A stretch of DNA of 37,432 nucleotides from Octopus bimaculoides (GCF_001194135.2 NC_068982.1:87779110-87816541), one strand, 5' to 3'. Counted from the stretch's first letter, positions 22,795 through 34,910 are shown. The notes: generated by a model not told the origin, from the letters alone. Program-made: numbers and translations.

Positions 22795-22935
22795 TTTGTT
22801 TCCCAGTCACACGGTTTTGATTTCAGTCCCACTGCGTGACACCTTCAGCAAGTGACTTTTACAATAGCCTCGGGGTTAGTGGATTTGGTAGAGACTGGAA
22901 GAAGCCTTCGTATATATACTCTATGAGTGTGTGTT

Positions 22936-22967
<32 letters not shown>

Positions 22968-23200
22968 CGTGTGTGTGTGCGTGCGTGTGTGTGCGTGTGT
23001 TTGTGCTTGTGTTTCTTCCCAACCACAGCTTGACAGCAGGTGTTGGAGTGTTTACCTTCCTTTACCTTCCTGTAACTTAGTGGTTAGGCAATAGCGACCA
23101 ACAGAATAAGTACCAGGTTTAAAGAGGTAAGTACTGGGGTCGACTAATTCGACTAAAATTCTTCGAGTGTGGCCGCAGTCTAATGACTGAAACAAATAAA
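22795..23200 (+). mobile_element. Full bipartite family-A SINE with internal (TG)n
   Basis: Head cagtcccactgcgtgacacc...gtggatttggtag...gaagaagcc, then (TG) mosaic 22925-23010, then the 3' module ending aatgactgaaacaaataaaag. Confidence 0.82.
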
Positions 23201-23496
23201 AGAAAAAAAAAATATATATGTATACATATATCCTTATCCTGTCGGTTGATATCTAATATATGTTCTAGTCTAACCTCTAAGTTACGGGAACGTGAGCAAA
23301 AGACTACCGATTGTCAAGAGTAAACACCCAGCATTCTTGACAACTGGTAGACATACACAGACACGTGGATGTACACAGACATGCAGGAAGTAAATAGACA
23401 CCAATAATTTTCAAAATTTCTGATCTATGCGTCTTAATATGTTTTCAGCGGTGTCGAATTTACAATGTAATTATTCCTTTTCATTCCGGGTGCCAT

Positions 23497-23629
23497 TATA
23501 AGTACGCGTCTCGAAGCAAGCTGACAGAAATTTCTAAAAAATTCCGTTATTACCGAATCGGTCCGATTTCTGAATTAATTCATAAAGAATTTTCTCGTCA
23601 TCAGCAGTAAATACATTCAGAAATAAATG
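23497..23629 (+). mobile_element. Isolated partial arm of the fold-back MITE
   Basis: tataagtacgcgtctcgaagcaagctgacagaaatttct...gtaaatacatt is nearly identical to 24567-24700. Confidence 0.88.
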
Positions 23630-24292
23630 CAGGTGGTCAGAAATAAGATAAAGGGTGACTCGTCTGAGAAAATAACATTCTTCCACTGCTCTAGGGACCA
23701 ATTCTGTAGGTTTTTACTCCACTCTAAACGTTTTGCAAAGTAGTGGTTTTCTGATTGCAGCCCACCCGTAAAATCCAGCTTTGTGCAGCTCCCGGCAAAC
23801 AGCTTTTGTGGAAACTGGGTTCTCGAGGTGGTCAATAAGCTCTGCAGTAATTTTGGGAGCTGTACTTTTGTGATCCTTTCTAACAATTCCTGTAAGAGTC
23901 CGACGGTCCCTATCAGAAAGTTTTGGTTTTCTTCCAGTGTTTTGTTTTGACGAGGAAGCTTTTCCCTCTTTCTCAAAGCTGTCATTATTTTCGAGACAGT
24001 ACTTCTTGATACACCAAACATTTCGGCTGTTTTTTGTTATGCTAGCGCCTGCAATACGAGCACCAACAATTTGACCTCTTTGAAAGGCCGATAGATTTGT
24101 CATTTTAATGAATTTTAATTACCTTTTTCTGATGATATCTGAAAAGAAACAGCAATTTTAGCAAAACATATTAAGCAACATTAATAATGAATCAAAAACC
24201 ATAAAAATAAACAAGCTTCTGACAGTTTTATAGATATTTCAAAATTATGATGCTATGATGCTAGGTGCTACCATCATTTTGTCCAGTACCTG
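23630..24292 (-). mobile_element. Tc1-like transposon, 3'-truncated and frameshifted transposase
   Basis: TA then ITR caggtactggacaaaatgatgg. From 24103: MTNLSAFQRGQIVGAR...GRKPKLSDRDRRTL...RELHKAGF...RKPLL, then LEQWKNVIFSDES (first catalytic D). Truncated just after this point. Confidence 0.92.
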
Positions 24293-24483
24293 TATATGTA
24301 TATGTGTATATATNNNNNNNNNNNNNNNNNNNNNNNNNNNNNNNNNNNNNNNNNNNNNNNNNNNNNNNNNNNNNNNNNNNNNNNNNNNNNNNNNNNNNNN
24401 NNNNNNNNNNNNNNNNNNNNNNNNNNNNNNNNNNNNNNNNNNNNNNNNNNNNNNNNNNNNNNNNNNNNNNNNNNNNNNNNNNN

Positions 24484-25185
24484 AAATAAGAGCAAAAGAA
24501 AGAAATCCTATGCCAAATATGCTGACAATAGACTTTAAATAGTCAATAACCACATATAATTCATCACTATAAGCACGCGTCTCGAAGCAAGCTGACAGAA
24601 ATTTCTAAAAGAATTCCGTTTTTACTGAATCGGTCCGATTTCTGAATTAATTCATAAAGAAATTTCTCGACATCAGTGATAAATACGTACGTTAAGAAAT
24701 AAATGAAATACTTATTTGCATCCATTGAAGAAGCAGGCGCAAAGTAATGAGTACACTTAAGTATCCCAAATATAGCCATATATCTGCTGCTTTAATGGGT
24801 GCACGTAAGTATTTCATTTGTTTCTTAATGTATTTACCACTGATGACGAGAAAATTCTTTATGAATTATTTCAGAAATCGGACTGATTCGGCAATAACGG
24901 AATTTTTTTAGAAATTGCTGTCAGCTTGCTTCGAGACGCGTACTTATAGTGATGAATTATATGTGGTTATTGACGATTTAAAGTCTATTCTCAGCATATT
25001 TGGCATAGGAATTTTTTTCTTTTGCCCTTATTTATAAAGGTGTTTATAATTTTCACCTTAAAAGGTATTTTTTAATAGTCATCAGAAAAATTACAGCGGA
25101 ATTGCAAATACTAAGCGATCATTGATGTTTAATACTATTCAATGTGGTTAGCCGTAACCTGGAACAAACCTGAGAGCTACCACGG
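24484..25185. mobile_element. Long fold-back MITE (left end hidden in gap)
   Basis: Arms 24484-24736 and 24784-25033 are reverse complements with a spacer of about 47 bp. The right side continues to ...gagagctaccacgg at 25185, followed by (TA)n. Confidence 0.85.
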
Positions 25186-25214
25186 TATATATATATATAT
25201 ATTATTTTAATGCG

Positions 25215-25516
25215 GCCTTAAATAGCCAGGCTCATGGGCCCGGTTTCCCGGTTTCTATGGCGTATGTGTGTCCCCCCCCCAGCTGGACGGGACGCCAGTC
25301 TATCGCAGCGTTACTCAAGAAACAGGAAGAAAGAGCAAGAGAAAGCTGGGGCGAAAGACTACAACAGGGGTCTTGTGGAGCTTTAGGTCTCGGAGCCTTG
25401 TGGAGCTTTAGGTGTTTTCCCTCAATAAACACACACAACGCCCGGTCTGGGAATCAAAACTGCGATCCTCCGACCGCGAGTCCGCTACCCTAACCACTGG
25501 GCCATTGCGCCTCCAT
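25215..25516 (-). mobile_element. tRNA-derived SINE, family C
   Basis: Minus strand: ggaggcgcaatggcccagtggttagggtagcggactcg...gcagttttgattcccagaccggg (tRNA-like head), then ctgcgatagactggcgtcccgtccag and gccatagaaaccgggaaaccgggcccatgagcc. Contains an internal duplication, cttgtggagctttaggt x2. Confidence 0.85.
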
Positions 25517-25517
25517 A

Positions 25518-25557
<40 letters not shown>

Positions 25558-25600
25558 NNNNNNNNNNNNNNNNNNNNNNNNNNNNNNNNNNNNNNNNNNN

Positions 25601-25667
<67 letters not shown>

Positions 25668-25759
25668 GCATGTATGTATGTATGTGTATATATGCATATA
25701 TATGTGTGTATATATGCATACTTAGCATGCATACATACGTACATACACATATACATGTG

Positions 25760-25985
25760 TGTGTACCGGTTGTCAAGCGAGCCGGGTGCTCACCCTTGAC
25801 AGTCGATAGACTTTTGCTTACGTTCCCGTAACTTAGAGGTTAGACTAGAATAAATACCGGATACCAACCGACAGAATAGGAAGTAAACTTAAAGTACTCA
25901 CTAGGACCGACTGATGAACTAAATCTTTTCAGGAAGTTCAGAAGCAAAGCCGCAATCCGATGACTGAGACAAGTAAAAGAATAAA
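25760..25985 (+). mobile_element. Family-A SINE 3' module, degraded
   Basis: cttgacag...gtaacttagaggtt...ccgacagaatag...gccgcaatccgatgactgagacaagtaaaag. Confidence 0.7.
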
Positions 25986-26334
25986 AAGATTGCTCTGAGG
26001 CCATTCTTTCTATCCTTCTATGTTTACTGCATGCAAAATCACTTTTGAAATTGGAGTGCAGAAATTAGTTTACTGAACATTTTGTCCATTCTTTTTACTG
26101 GTTTCAGGCACTGGACTGCGTCCATGTTGTTTCAAGAGTTTGAAGTTGATGGAATCGATCTAGAAATTATTTTACCAATCTTTATGCAATTATTAAATCA
26201 TTTTGTGTTTGAAAGGGACGAAAGATAAGGCACCATTAGATATTGAGATATTCACTGAGAAGCAAGTGGGGGAGACACAAGTATACACACAAACGCATAT
26301 ATGCACACATACATACACATGCGTATACATATAT

Positions 26335-26428
26335 ACACACACACATGCATACATACATGCATACATACATGCATACATACATACATACATACATACATAC
26401 GTACATACATACATACATACATACATAT
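26335..26428. repeat. (CATA)n microsatellite
   Basis: Direct read. Confidence 0.95.
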
Positions 26429-26431
26429 ATA

Positions 26432-26984
26432 ATGAGTTAGGACAGAGAAGAGAAAGTATGTACAGTAGTGGAAATAAGCTGCCTGGCGGCTCCCAACATA
26501 TAGTTGAACATCAGTGAAAAGGAAAACACCTACGCTGTTGAGACATTTTTGAGAAATTTACACTTAATCTAAACAAATTACAAGTTCAGGTTTACATCTG
26601 TAAATATTGGGGTACTGGGCAATGTAACAAACCGCCTAAACAGTTTGAGAAATTAGGTTTCTCAGAACCAGAAGGGAGAAAGCTACCTCGAAGATTACAG
26701 ATTGAAGCCATAAATGGAACAGTAAAAATTTGAAACTTCCCAGAATTTTATCATTTAAGTATATATGCGGATATCTAGACATTCAACTGTATGCATGACA
26801 ATGCATACATAAAACAAAATATAAAAATCTGCACATGCACTGACTCCAAATACTACTCACATATATACAAGCATGCAAAAATAATCTGTTGATGTTGTTG
26901 AAATTCCACTGAAGGAGCGTCGGATCTAGGTTAGAAACCAGCTCCTCTATTGGCAAGAAATTTAAAAATAAAACTGTATAATAA
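26432..26984 (+). mobile_element. 5'-truncated RLE-type non-LTR retrotransposon, copy A
   Basis: DREEKVCTVVEISCLAAPNI*LNISEKENTYAVETFLRNLHLI*TNYKFRFTSVNIGVLGNVT, then EKLGFSEPEGRKLPRRLQIEAINGTVKI. The 3' UTR ends aaataaaactgtataataa, followed by catacatacat. Confidence 0.82.
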
Positions 26985-26995
26985 CATACATACAT

Positions 26996-27420
26996 CTGCA
27001 GTTAATCTATCCAGATTACAAGTTCAAGTTTATACCTGTAATTATTGGGGAGCTGGAATATGTAACACACTGCCGAAACACCAATCATGAGAAATTAGGC
27101 TTCTCAAAACCAGAAGGGAGAAAGCTGATTCGATGACTAGAAATCTAATCCATCACTGGAACTGTAAAAACCTGTAAAACTTTCCAGAAATTTGTGATTT
27201 AAGTATATATGAGCATGTCTAAATATGCAATGAGAATACATACATAAAACAAAACATACAAATCTGCACTTATACATACATACATACATACATACATACA
27301 TACATAATTACAAAAATACCTTGTTGGTGATGTTGAAATTCCAATGAAGGAACTTGGATCTGGGTTAGAAATCGGTTCTTTCTCGTTGGCAAAAAATCAT
27401 GAAATAAAACTGAATAATGA
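26996..27420 (+). mobile_element. 5'-truncated RLE-type non-LTR retrotransposon, copy B (same family, tandem)
   Basis: LQLIYPDYKFKFIPVIIG...EKLGFSKPEGRKLIR*LEI*SITGTVKTCKTFQKF. The 3' UTR is homologous to copy A and ends aaataaaactgaataatga, followed by catgtacata. Confidence 0.85.
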
Positions 27421-27889
27421 CATGTACATAATTGCATACAAATATATATAAATATATATAAATTGAATCTATCTTTCTATCTTGATATATATNNNNNNNN
27501 NNNNNNNNNNNNNNNNNNNNNNNNNNNNNNNNNNNNNNNNNATATATATATATATACATATATATTTCTGTATATGCATATATATGTATTTATGTATATG
27601 TATATATGCATGTGGCTTTTAAGCTAACTCCTGTGGAAGGGCTCGTCATTGGGCCTTGGGCCCAACAATGACACTTCATGCATTGAGTACATATTAAATT
27701 TTATTAAACTGGAACAATATTTTTCAAGCAATGAACAATTTTCATCAAACCAATGATATAATTTGTCGACTTGGAACTTATTGCAAAGCTGCATGATAAT
27801 TTTGTCTTCCCATTCGTGAGACAGTACAATTTTTTTCTATCTAACCTCTTTCTTTCTCTCTCTTTCTGTCACGCACACACACACACACA

Positions 27890-28560
27890 CATAACATTAT
27901 AACGGCTGCTCACCGAAAGGCACCTAAAATCCGACATCGCAGATGCAGAAATACACATAACAAAGTATGTTGTATTGCGAAGCGACATAAAAGACAGGAG
28001 CCATGGTGGAGTTGCAATGTACATCGGTGAAGATTTCTCACTCTAGATCCTTTGCTCACACTAAAACTTGGTATGTGTACATATAAGATAACCCGATATA
28101 GTTATATGTACTATTTATCGCCCATCAGATGCTCCAAATAACACAGTCCTATTCGAAGACTGCCTTGCAAGAATAGAAGTCTTAACCAAACCAGAACAAC
28201 ACAATTCAGTGTACTTCTCATGGGAGACTTCAACTTGCCCAACGTAGGATGGCCTGGGGTCCTTTTCCTCTCGGAAATGATGCGATGTGAGCAAAGCCAG
28301 CTGGAATCTCTGCTCAGCCTCACCAACAAGTTATACATGGAACAAGTAATACTCCAACCAACCGGAGCAAACAATATACTCGATCTCTGCTTCACAAGCA
28401 ATATGGATCCCATTTATAATGTGAAAGTGACACCGACGCTAGCCTCGGATCAACATAATAGAGCTGATCATGTATGGGCCAAAGAAACCCCCAGACATGC
28501 AACCTATGAGAAGCACCCAAAATAAATCCAATATGAACTATCACAAAGCAGACAGGAAAT

Positions 28561-28593
<33 letters not shown>

Positions 28594-30310
28594 ACCAAAC
28601 AGGATTGACTCCAATGTCTCTCGGCACCTGACGCCGACATGAAATTGAAAGCATTTATGTCCATAATGCAAGCCATATACTACAATTTTGTCCCAGAGAT
28701 AAAAGCCGCTGCACATAAAAACAAGATTCCAGGGAGAAAAATGTTCTTATGAGAGGGCGTACAAAGATTGCAAACCGCTTCAACAGAAAACTCAATGGCT
28801 GTGAAAAATCCCGCCTGAAAACAGCACTGTTGGAGAGTGAGAAACATCTGAAATGCTCCCATGAAAAAGAAAGAGCAGCCAAAGACAGGGTTATAAAAAT
28901 ATAAAAGCAAACTCGAAAGGCTTCTTTAAGTACGCCAAGAAACTGCCTCCGTGCGTTAGATTGTTTCCTCACAGGAAACCCAAATGAACAATTCAAATGT
29001 GTTTTCACCCCACCTTTACGGCGTGTGCAAGTTAGCAAGCCTGTAACATTCTTTACCACTACAGATGTCGAAAGGGAAGCAGTAACAATTGATTATATCA
29101 ACATTATAGAAGAAGATGTCATACTGGCAATAGATGACTTGGACACAAACTCAGCTGCAGGCCCCGATGGATTCTCAGCAATCTTTCTCAAGTCATGCAA
29201 ACGAGTCCTTGTAAAACCACTGCAGCTACTTTTTCAGAGTTTCCTCGCAAATGGTAAGCTCCCGGACAAACTAAAGGAGGGAATAATATGCCCTATTCAT
29301 AAAGGAAGGAACAGAGCAAATGCTAAAAACTATAGTCCTATCTCTCTGACCTCACACATCAGCAAAGTCGTGGAACGAATAGTTCGAAGGAAACTAATTA
29401 CATTCCTTGAAGTGAATGACTTACTGACTGACACCCAGCATGGTTTTCGAACAAGCAGAAGCCGCCTGACACAGCTCTTTCAGCACTACGACTAGGCGTT
29501 ACAGCAGCTTCTCAACAACTCAAACGTGGACATGATGTATCTCGACTTTGAAAAAGCTTTTCATAATGTTGACCATAGTATATGTTACAAGCTGCGTAAT
29601 CTTGGCATAGTCGGAAAACTTGGAGAATGGCTACATGACTTTCTAAAAGATAGAAGTCAGGTAGTGGTGGCCAACGGGACCACCTCAAAGGAAACACAAA
29701 TAAAGAGTGGTGTTCTACAGGGCACTGTCTTCGAGCCGCTGCTAGTTATAGCAGCCCTCTTAGACGTGCCCTCAGCTGCTCAGATAGCAAGCCTTGCTAA
29801 CTATGCAAATGACACAAAAGTCTCTCAGAGGATACAGAACCATGAAAGTGTTGCCCATCTGCAGTGGGAGGTGAAGTTTAATGCTGAAAAGTTCCAAGCC
29901 CTGCACTACCAAGACACGAAGCTCAATGAAAAACGGATAGGATACACTGGTCCAGAGGGGATTGCAATCCCTGAACCAAAATCAGAACGCCACCTGGGTA
30001 TCGACATGAATAATGATTGCATATTTCCAGGTTCATATTACTAAGTTGGCAATAAAATGCAGATGATTGGCTGGATGATTCTTTCGAACTTTCAAAACAA
30101 GAGAACGCGAAACAGATGTTCCTCTGGTGGACATTTTTCCTCAGCTGTTTGGCTTACTGCTCCCTATTATGGTCATCACACTGTAAAATTAATAACAGAA
30201 CTCAAAGCAATCCAGCGAAGCTACACAAAGATCGTCTCAATGTGACGGCTACTGGAAGAGATTGAAAATGTTAAGACTCTGCTCCCTAGAATGATGGCGG
30301 AAAAGTGTTC
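27890..30310 (+). mobile_element. CR1-clade LINE ORF2 (APE plus RT), disrupted
   Basis: APE motifs: HLKSDIADAEI...SHGGVAMY, MGDFNLPNVGW, NNILDLCFTSN. RT motifs: GPDGFSAIFLK, PIHKG...NYSPISLTSHISKVVERI, QHGFR, YLDFEKAF, GVLQGTV, YANDTKV. Several stops and frameshifts. Confidence 0.92.
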
Positions 30311-30769
30311 GAGCGTAGAATCATCCAGGCGAGCGTCTGCAATTTATTGCCGACTTAGTAATATGAACCTGGAAATATGCAATCATTATTCATGTCGTTA
30401 CACAGGTGGAGTCTGATTTTGGTTCCGGGATTGCAATCGCCTCTGGACCAGTGTATCATATCCGTCTATTGTGTGTCTGCGCGCGCGAGCGTACATGCGG
30501 GTATGTATATATATTTTGGCGAATGTGATTGCAAAGCAAGTTTCTTAACAACTCAATTATGCGTAAAAGCATTATATGCAACCACATATATGCATATGCG
30601 TGTGTGTATCATCAGGTATCATTCCTCTTCAATTGGTTGAATATCAACGATAACCATCGCAGTCTATCTTGTACTGTCCTTATATACTCGCTCCATTTTA
30701 AACCTGACCATTTCTTGATAATTCTTGGTTTTTCCCTCCTTTTCTCTATTCATCTTAAAAACCTTTGTA

Positions 30770-31452
30770 AGTCGTGTTTCTAATTGAGTGTCCAAAACAT
30801 GATATTTTTCTCCGATAAAACGTTTTCAATTTCTGTCCTTTATATTACTTTATCATAGGTTTCTCTGTTTTGACCTTCAAACTTTGATATTCTCAAATAC
30901 CTTACGTACTCCCACATCTCAAAGGCTTATAAACTATATGATAATACTTTTGTTAATGTTCATGATTCAAAGTAGCAGATAACATTTTAATAATATTTCT
31001 CAGGTTACCATATTAATGCTTCTTGATGTTAGTAATTCAGCTAATTTTCCAGTTATCTAAAGCCTCCTTTTGATTTCTGCTTCACAAGTCTAGTTTTATG
31101 ATTGCGTATATCTTATGTATACTACTTTTCGTGTCTGTCAAATTGGCTTTCCTTGAGATGCAATATTTGTTTTTGGTTAGTTTTATTTTTGGCTGATCAT
31201 CATTGCTTTTGGCTTCTTAGATTCGTCCCCATTCAATAAAATACTTTAAAAAAATATTATTTACCATAGTAAGAAGGGTCACCGTTCGAAGGTTAATATT
31301 GCAGAACTGCTTGGATACCTAAACTTGTTAATGCTTATTCCGTTTATTGACACTTCAGGTTTGCCTTCTACTTCTATGAAAATCTCAATGCGGTTATGTA
31401 AAGGCTAAAAAGGCTACATGATAGTACACATCTTCGTTTCCTTCATTCCATA
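30770..31452 (-). pseudogene. Degraded RTE-clade LINE RT fragment, cut by the mariner insertion
   Basis: Minus-strand pieces: CVLS..LFSLY (motif 4), INGISINKFRYPSS (cf. INNLRYADD), KKPKAMMIS, EAEIKRR, and FEMWEYVRYLRISK...FYRRKISCFGHSIR. Confidence 0.7.
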
Positions 31453-31454
31453 TA

Positions 31455-32290
31455 TTGGGTTGGCAACTAAGTTCCCATCGTTTTTTCAAATTAAAATTTT
31501 TTAAACGGTTTAATAAAAAATAACAACGTTGATCAACAATGTATTCACCCTTGTTGTTTACAACTTCTTCCCAACGTTCAACAAGATTTTTCAATACCTC
31601 GTTGGTAGAAATCACCCGATTTCGACTCGAAAAATTGATCCAACCAAGCTCTCAATTCTGCATCAGTATTGAACGAAACTCCGCACATAGCATTTGAAAG
31701 AGATTGAAAGGGGTGGAAACTCTTTGGTGCCAAATCAGGAGAGTACAACGGGTTTGGCAGCACTTCCCAGCCATGCGTTTGAATGGCTTCCTTGTCCATA
31801 TTGGCGATATGAGGGCGGGCGTTGTCGTGCAGCAGAAGAACTCCATGCTGCCGATTAGGTCTTTTCTCTTGAATAGCCGTGTTGAGTCGTACCATCTGTT
31901 GAACATAGAGTTCCGCCTTGACCGTTTGGTTCCGTTCAAGCAATTCGTAATGGATAATCCCTTCCCAGTGTCACCATACGCACAACATCGCTTTACGCGG
32001 ATGAAGATCTTGTTTCACGCGCGGTGTTGCTTGTTTACCAGAGCTAAGCCATTCCTTGCGCTGCTTCATATTAATGTACAGGCACCATTTTTCGTCGTCA
32101 TTAACGATTCGGTAAAGAAATCGTTGCTTGTGTCTATGAGTTGAGCGGTGACGAGCAAACAAACAAGAGGAGATTGTGGATCTTTGATTTTTGTTGTTGT
32201 CACTTAAAGCATGCGGAACTTTCTAGGTGCAACCTCATGGTCATTCATGACCGAAGGGGATCTTTATCCTATGTAAATATTTGTTCTTAC
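31455..32290 (-). mobile_element. Mariner (DD34D) transposon, disrupted; 5' part lost in gap
   Basis: LYRIVNDDEKWCLY, HPRKAMLCVW, LLHDNARPH, YSPDLAPK, RWEEVVNNKGEYIVD. Terminal TA/ttgggttggcaactaag at 31453-31471. Confidence 0.93.
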
Positions 32291-33005
32291 NNNNNNNNNN
32301 NNNNNNNNNNNNNNNNNNNNNNNNNNNNNNNNNNNNNNNNNNNNNNNNNNNNNNNNNNNNNNNNNNNNNNNNNNNNNNNNNNNNNNNNNNNNNNNNNNNN
32401 NNNNNNNNNNNNNNNNNNNNNNNNNNNNNNNNNNNNNNNNNNNNNNNNNNNNNNNNNNNNNNNNNNNNNNNNNNNNNNNNNNNNNNNNNNNNNNNNNNNN
32501 NNNNNNNNNNNNNNNNNNNNNNNNNNNNNNNNNNNNNNNNNNNNNNNNNNNNNNNNNNNNNNNNNNNNNNNNNNNNNNNNNNNNNNNNNNNNNNNNNNNN
32601 NNNNNNNNNNNNNNNNNNNNNNNNNNNNNNNNNNNNNNNNNNNNNNNNNNNNNNNNNNNNNNNNNNNNNNNNNNNNNNNNNNNNNNNNNNNNNNNNNNNN
32701 NNNNNNNNNNNNNNNNNNNNNNNNNNNNNNNNNNNNNNNNNNNNNNNNNNNNNNNNNNNNNNNNNNNNNNNNNNNNNNNNNNNNNNNNNNNNNNNNNNNN
32801 NNNNNNNNNNNNNNNNNNNNNNNNNNNNNNNNNNNNNNNNNNNNNNNNNNNNNNNNNNNNNNNNNNNNNNNNNNNNNNNNNNNNNNNNNNNNNNNNNNNN
32901 NNNNNNNNNNNNNNNNNNNNNNNNNNNNNNNNNNNNNNNNNNNNNNNNNNNNNNNNNNNNNNNNNNNNNNNNNNNNNNNNNNNNNNNNNNNNNNNNNNNN
33001 NNNNN

Positions 33006-33150
33006 GTAACTTAGCGGTTCAGCAAAAGGAACCGACAGAATAAGTACTACGATTACAAAGTATTAGTCTTGGGGTCAATTTTCTCGACTAAAAGGCGGCG
33101 CTCCAGCATGGCCGAAGTCAAATGATTGAAACAAATAAAAGCATAAAAGA
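33006..33150 (+). mobile_element. Family-A SINE 3' module
   Basis: gtaacttagcggttcagcaaaaggaaccgacagaataagtact...aaggcggcgctccagcatggccg...aatgattgaaacaaataaaag. Confidence 0.85.
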
Positions 33151-33195
<45 letters not shown>

Positions 33196-33198
<3 letters not shown>

Positions 33199-33410
33199 GA
33201 GGGGAAGTAACAGATTATCCGCACTTTCGCCATAACATATCTTTATTATTGTCACACTGCCTTCAGCGCATGCGTGCTTATGTGCTTATGTACTAATGTG
33301 ATCACGTGATCGAAGCTTGAGCCTGATGGCGCCAGTTTTCTTTCTGGCTTTACAGTGTAAGCATGGCCGCTCCACTAGCAATGGGCACTAAAGAAGACCC
33401 AGTAAATTAT
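33196..33410 (+). mobile_element. Mariner 5' end fragment
   Basis: TA then tgaggggaagtaacagattatccgcactt (ITR-like), leading to MAAPLAMGTKED (cf. mariner N-terminus MAAPL..CTKEEQR). No further transposase follows. Confidence 0.55.
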
Positions 33411-34006
33411 GTATGTAAAGCACTCCTGTACACACGCACACACATCCTCGAAATACACATCCTCACATCCTCGAGATATTTCCCTCTGCACCGCAATCAT
33501 CGTAGATTCTGTGTTTCCGACTTATAATCTGAGTCTACTAGTCGATCCAACAGCCTATGAATATTAAAAGGTAATCTTTATATCCAACTTAACATGGATG
33601 TCTTGTTAGAACACCGAATACTCCGATATTAACCTTGAGAGATCCCCTCATATAGGCGCTTGATGCGTAAGAGTACATACATAGAACGTAACAAACAAGA
33701 ATCATAAATTTAATTCTACTTGAAATCATCAGTGGGAGGCGTCTGGTCATCGCATGTAAGTCAAATCTTGCTGCTACGTTATATAAAATACCAGCATATA
33801 TTCAGACACTGATGTTGCAAATAGCCAGGGGGTTTATTCAAAATTAATTATTAACAATATTAACAAAGAAATAGTATTTGTACTAAAAGATAATTTATGC
33901 ATTATGTATTGCCTATATTGTTGAATCAATGTTAACCATTTAAAATAGACGAATTGCAATTTACATATCCATACATTTGTGTATGAATATGTGCGTGTGT
34001 GTTTGC

Positions 34007-34046
<40 letters not shown>

Positions 34047-34910
34047 CCATTTATACGTTTAAATACATGCATATGCATACATGTATACACATAAACATAC
34101 ATACATACATATATACATACATACATACATACACACACACAAACACAAGTATAGACATAGACACCAGCACATACATATACAACCGAAAAATTTCACAGAG
34201 TACTTATAATTTAATTCAGCAATTACAGATACAATATAAAAGTTTTCACCAATCCCTGTCTCTGATGGCCTTTGGGATTCATCCCCTAAAACCAGTGCCT
34301 CAATATTTTTCTGCTAAAGTAGCGTAACTAAATATAGTACGCATTTTATCCAAAACTTAAACCGATTTTTCCATTCACCGTAAGTTCCGTAATTGCTAAC
34401 ATTTTTATAAGTTTGTTTTGTTTAACGTCTATGCTTTTTCTCAGGCTTTTAGTTAACCCTTGCTTCAACACCACGATTTACGCTGGTTGTTGAAAACAAA
34501 TTGCAATTACGTATTATGTCCTGTGTATCACAGGTGACACACAGAACAAGCAAAAGTTTAAAGATAGTATATAAAATTATGTGCAATGGAGCGTTCTACC
34601 TCCTTGTAAAACATATCTCTCTTTTAATACTTCATACTTACAGGCGTTAGCCATCATATGCCCCATGTCAAAGTTTGAAGACAAAACAGTAGCTTCTCGT
34701 TTTCTAACGGCTGATTTACTCTTTATCTTTTTTCTTACTATGATATATGTCTCGGTGCCAACAGTGCTCTTCTGAGCCCTGTATATACCTTACCCGCAAA
34801 TAACAACTAATATTTTAGATAATACGTACTTTCGGAATACTTACAAATCTGGTCACAGTTGGAATATATTCGATTATATTTCTGCCAGATCATAGTCGAC
34901 CGTAAGATAA

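Noticed and set aside
25910-25945. CTGATGA motif (also about 2297)
   Set aside because: No stem II/GAAA/stem III architecture; at 25910 it lies within a degraded SINE 3' module.
34642-34778. Bidirectionally open segment with a plus acceptor and a minus donor at the same tacttacag site
   Set aside because: Partner splice sites are weak and the peptides are unrecognisable. A plus-strand cassette would interrupt the conserved gelsolin segment.
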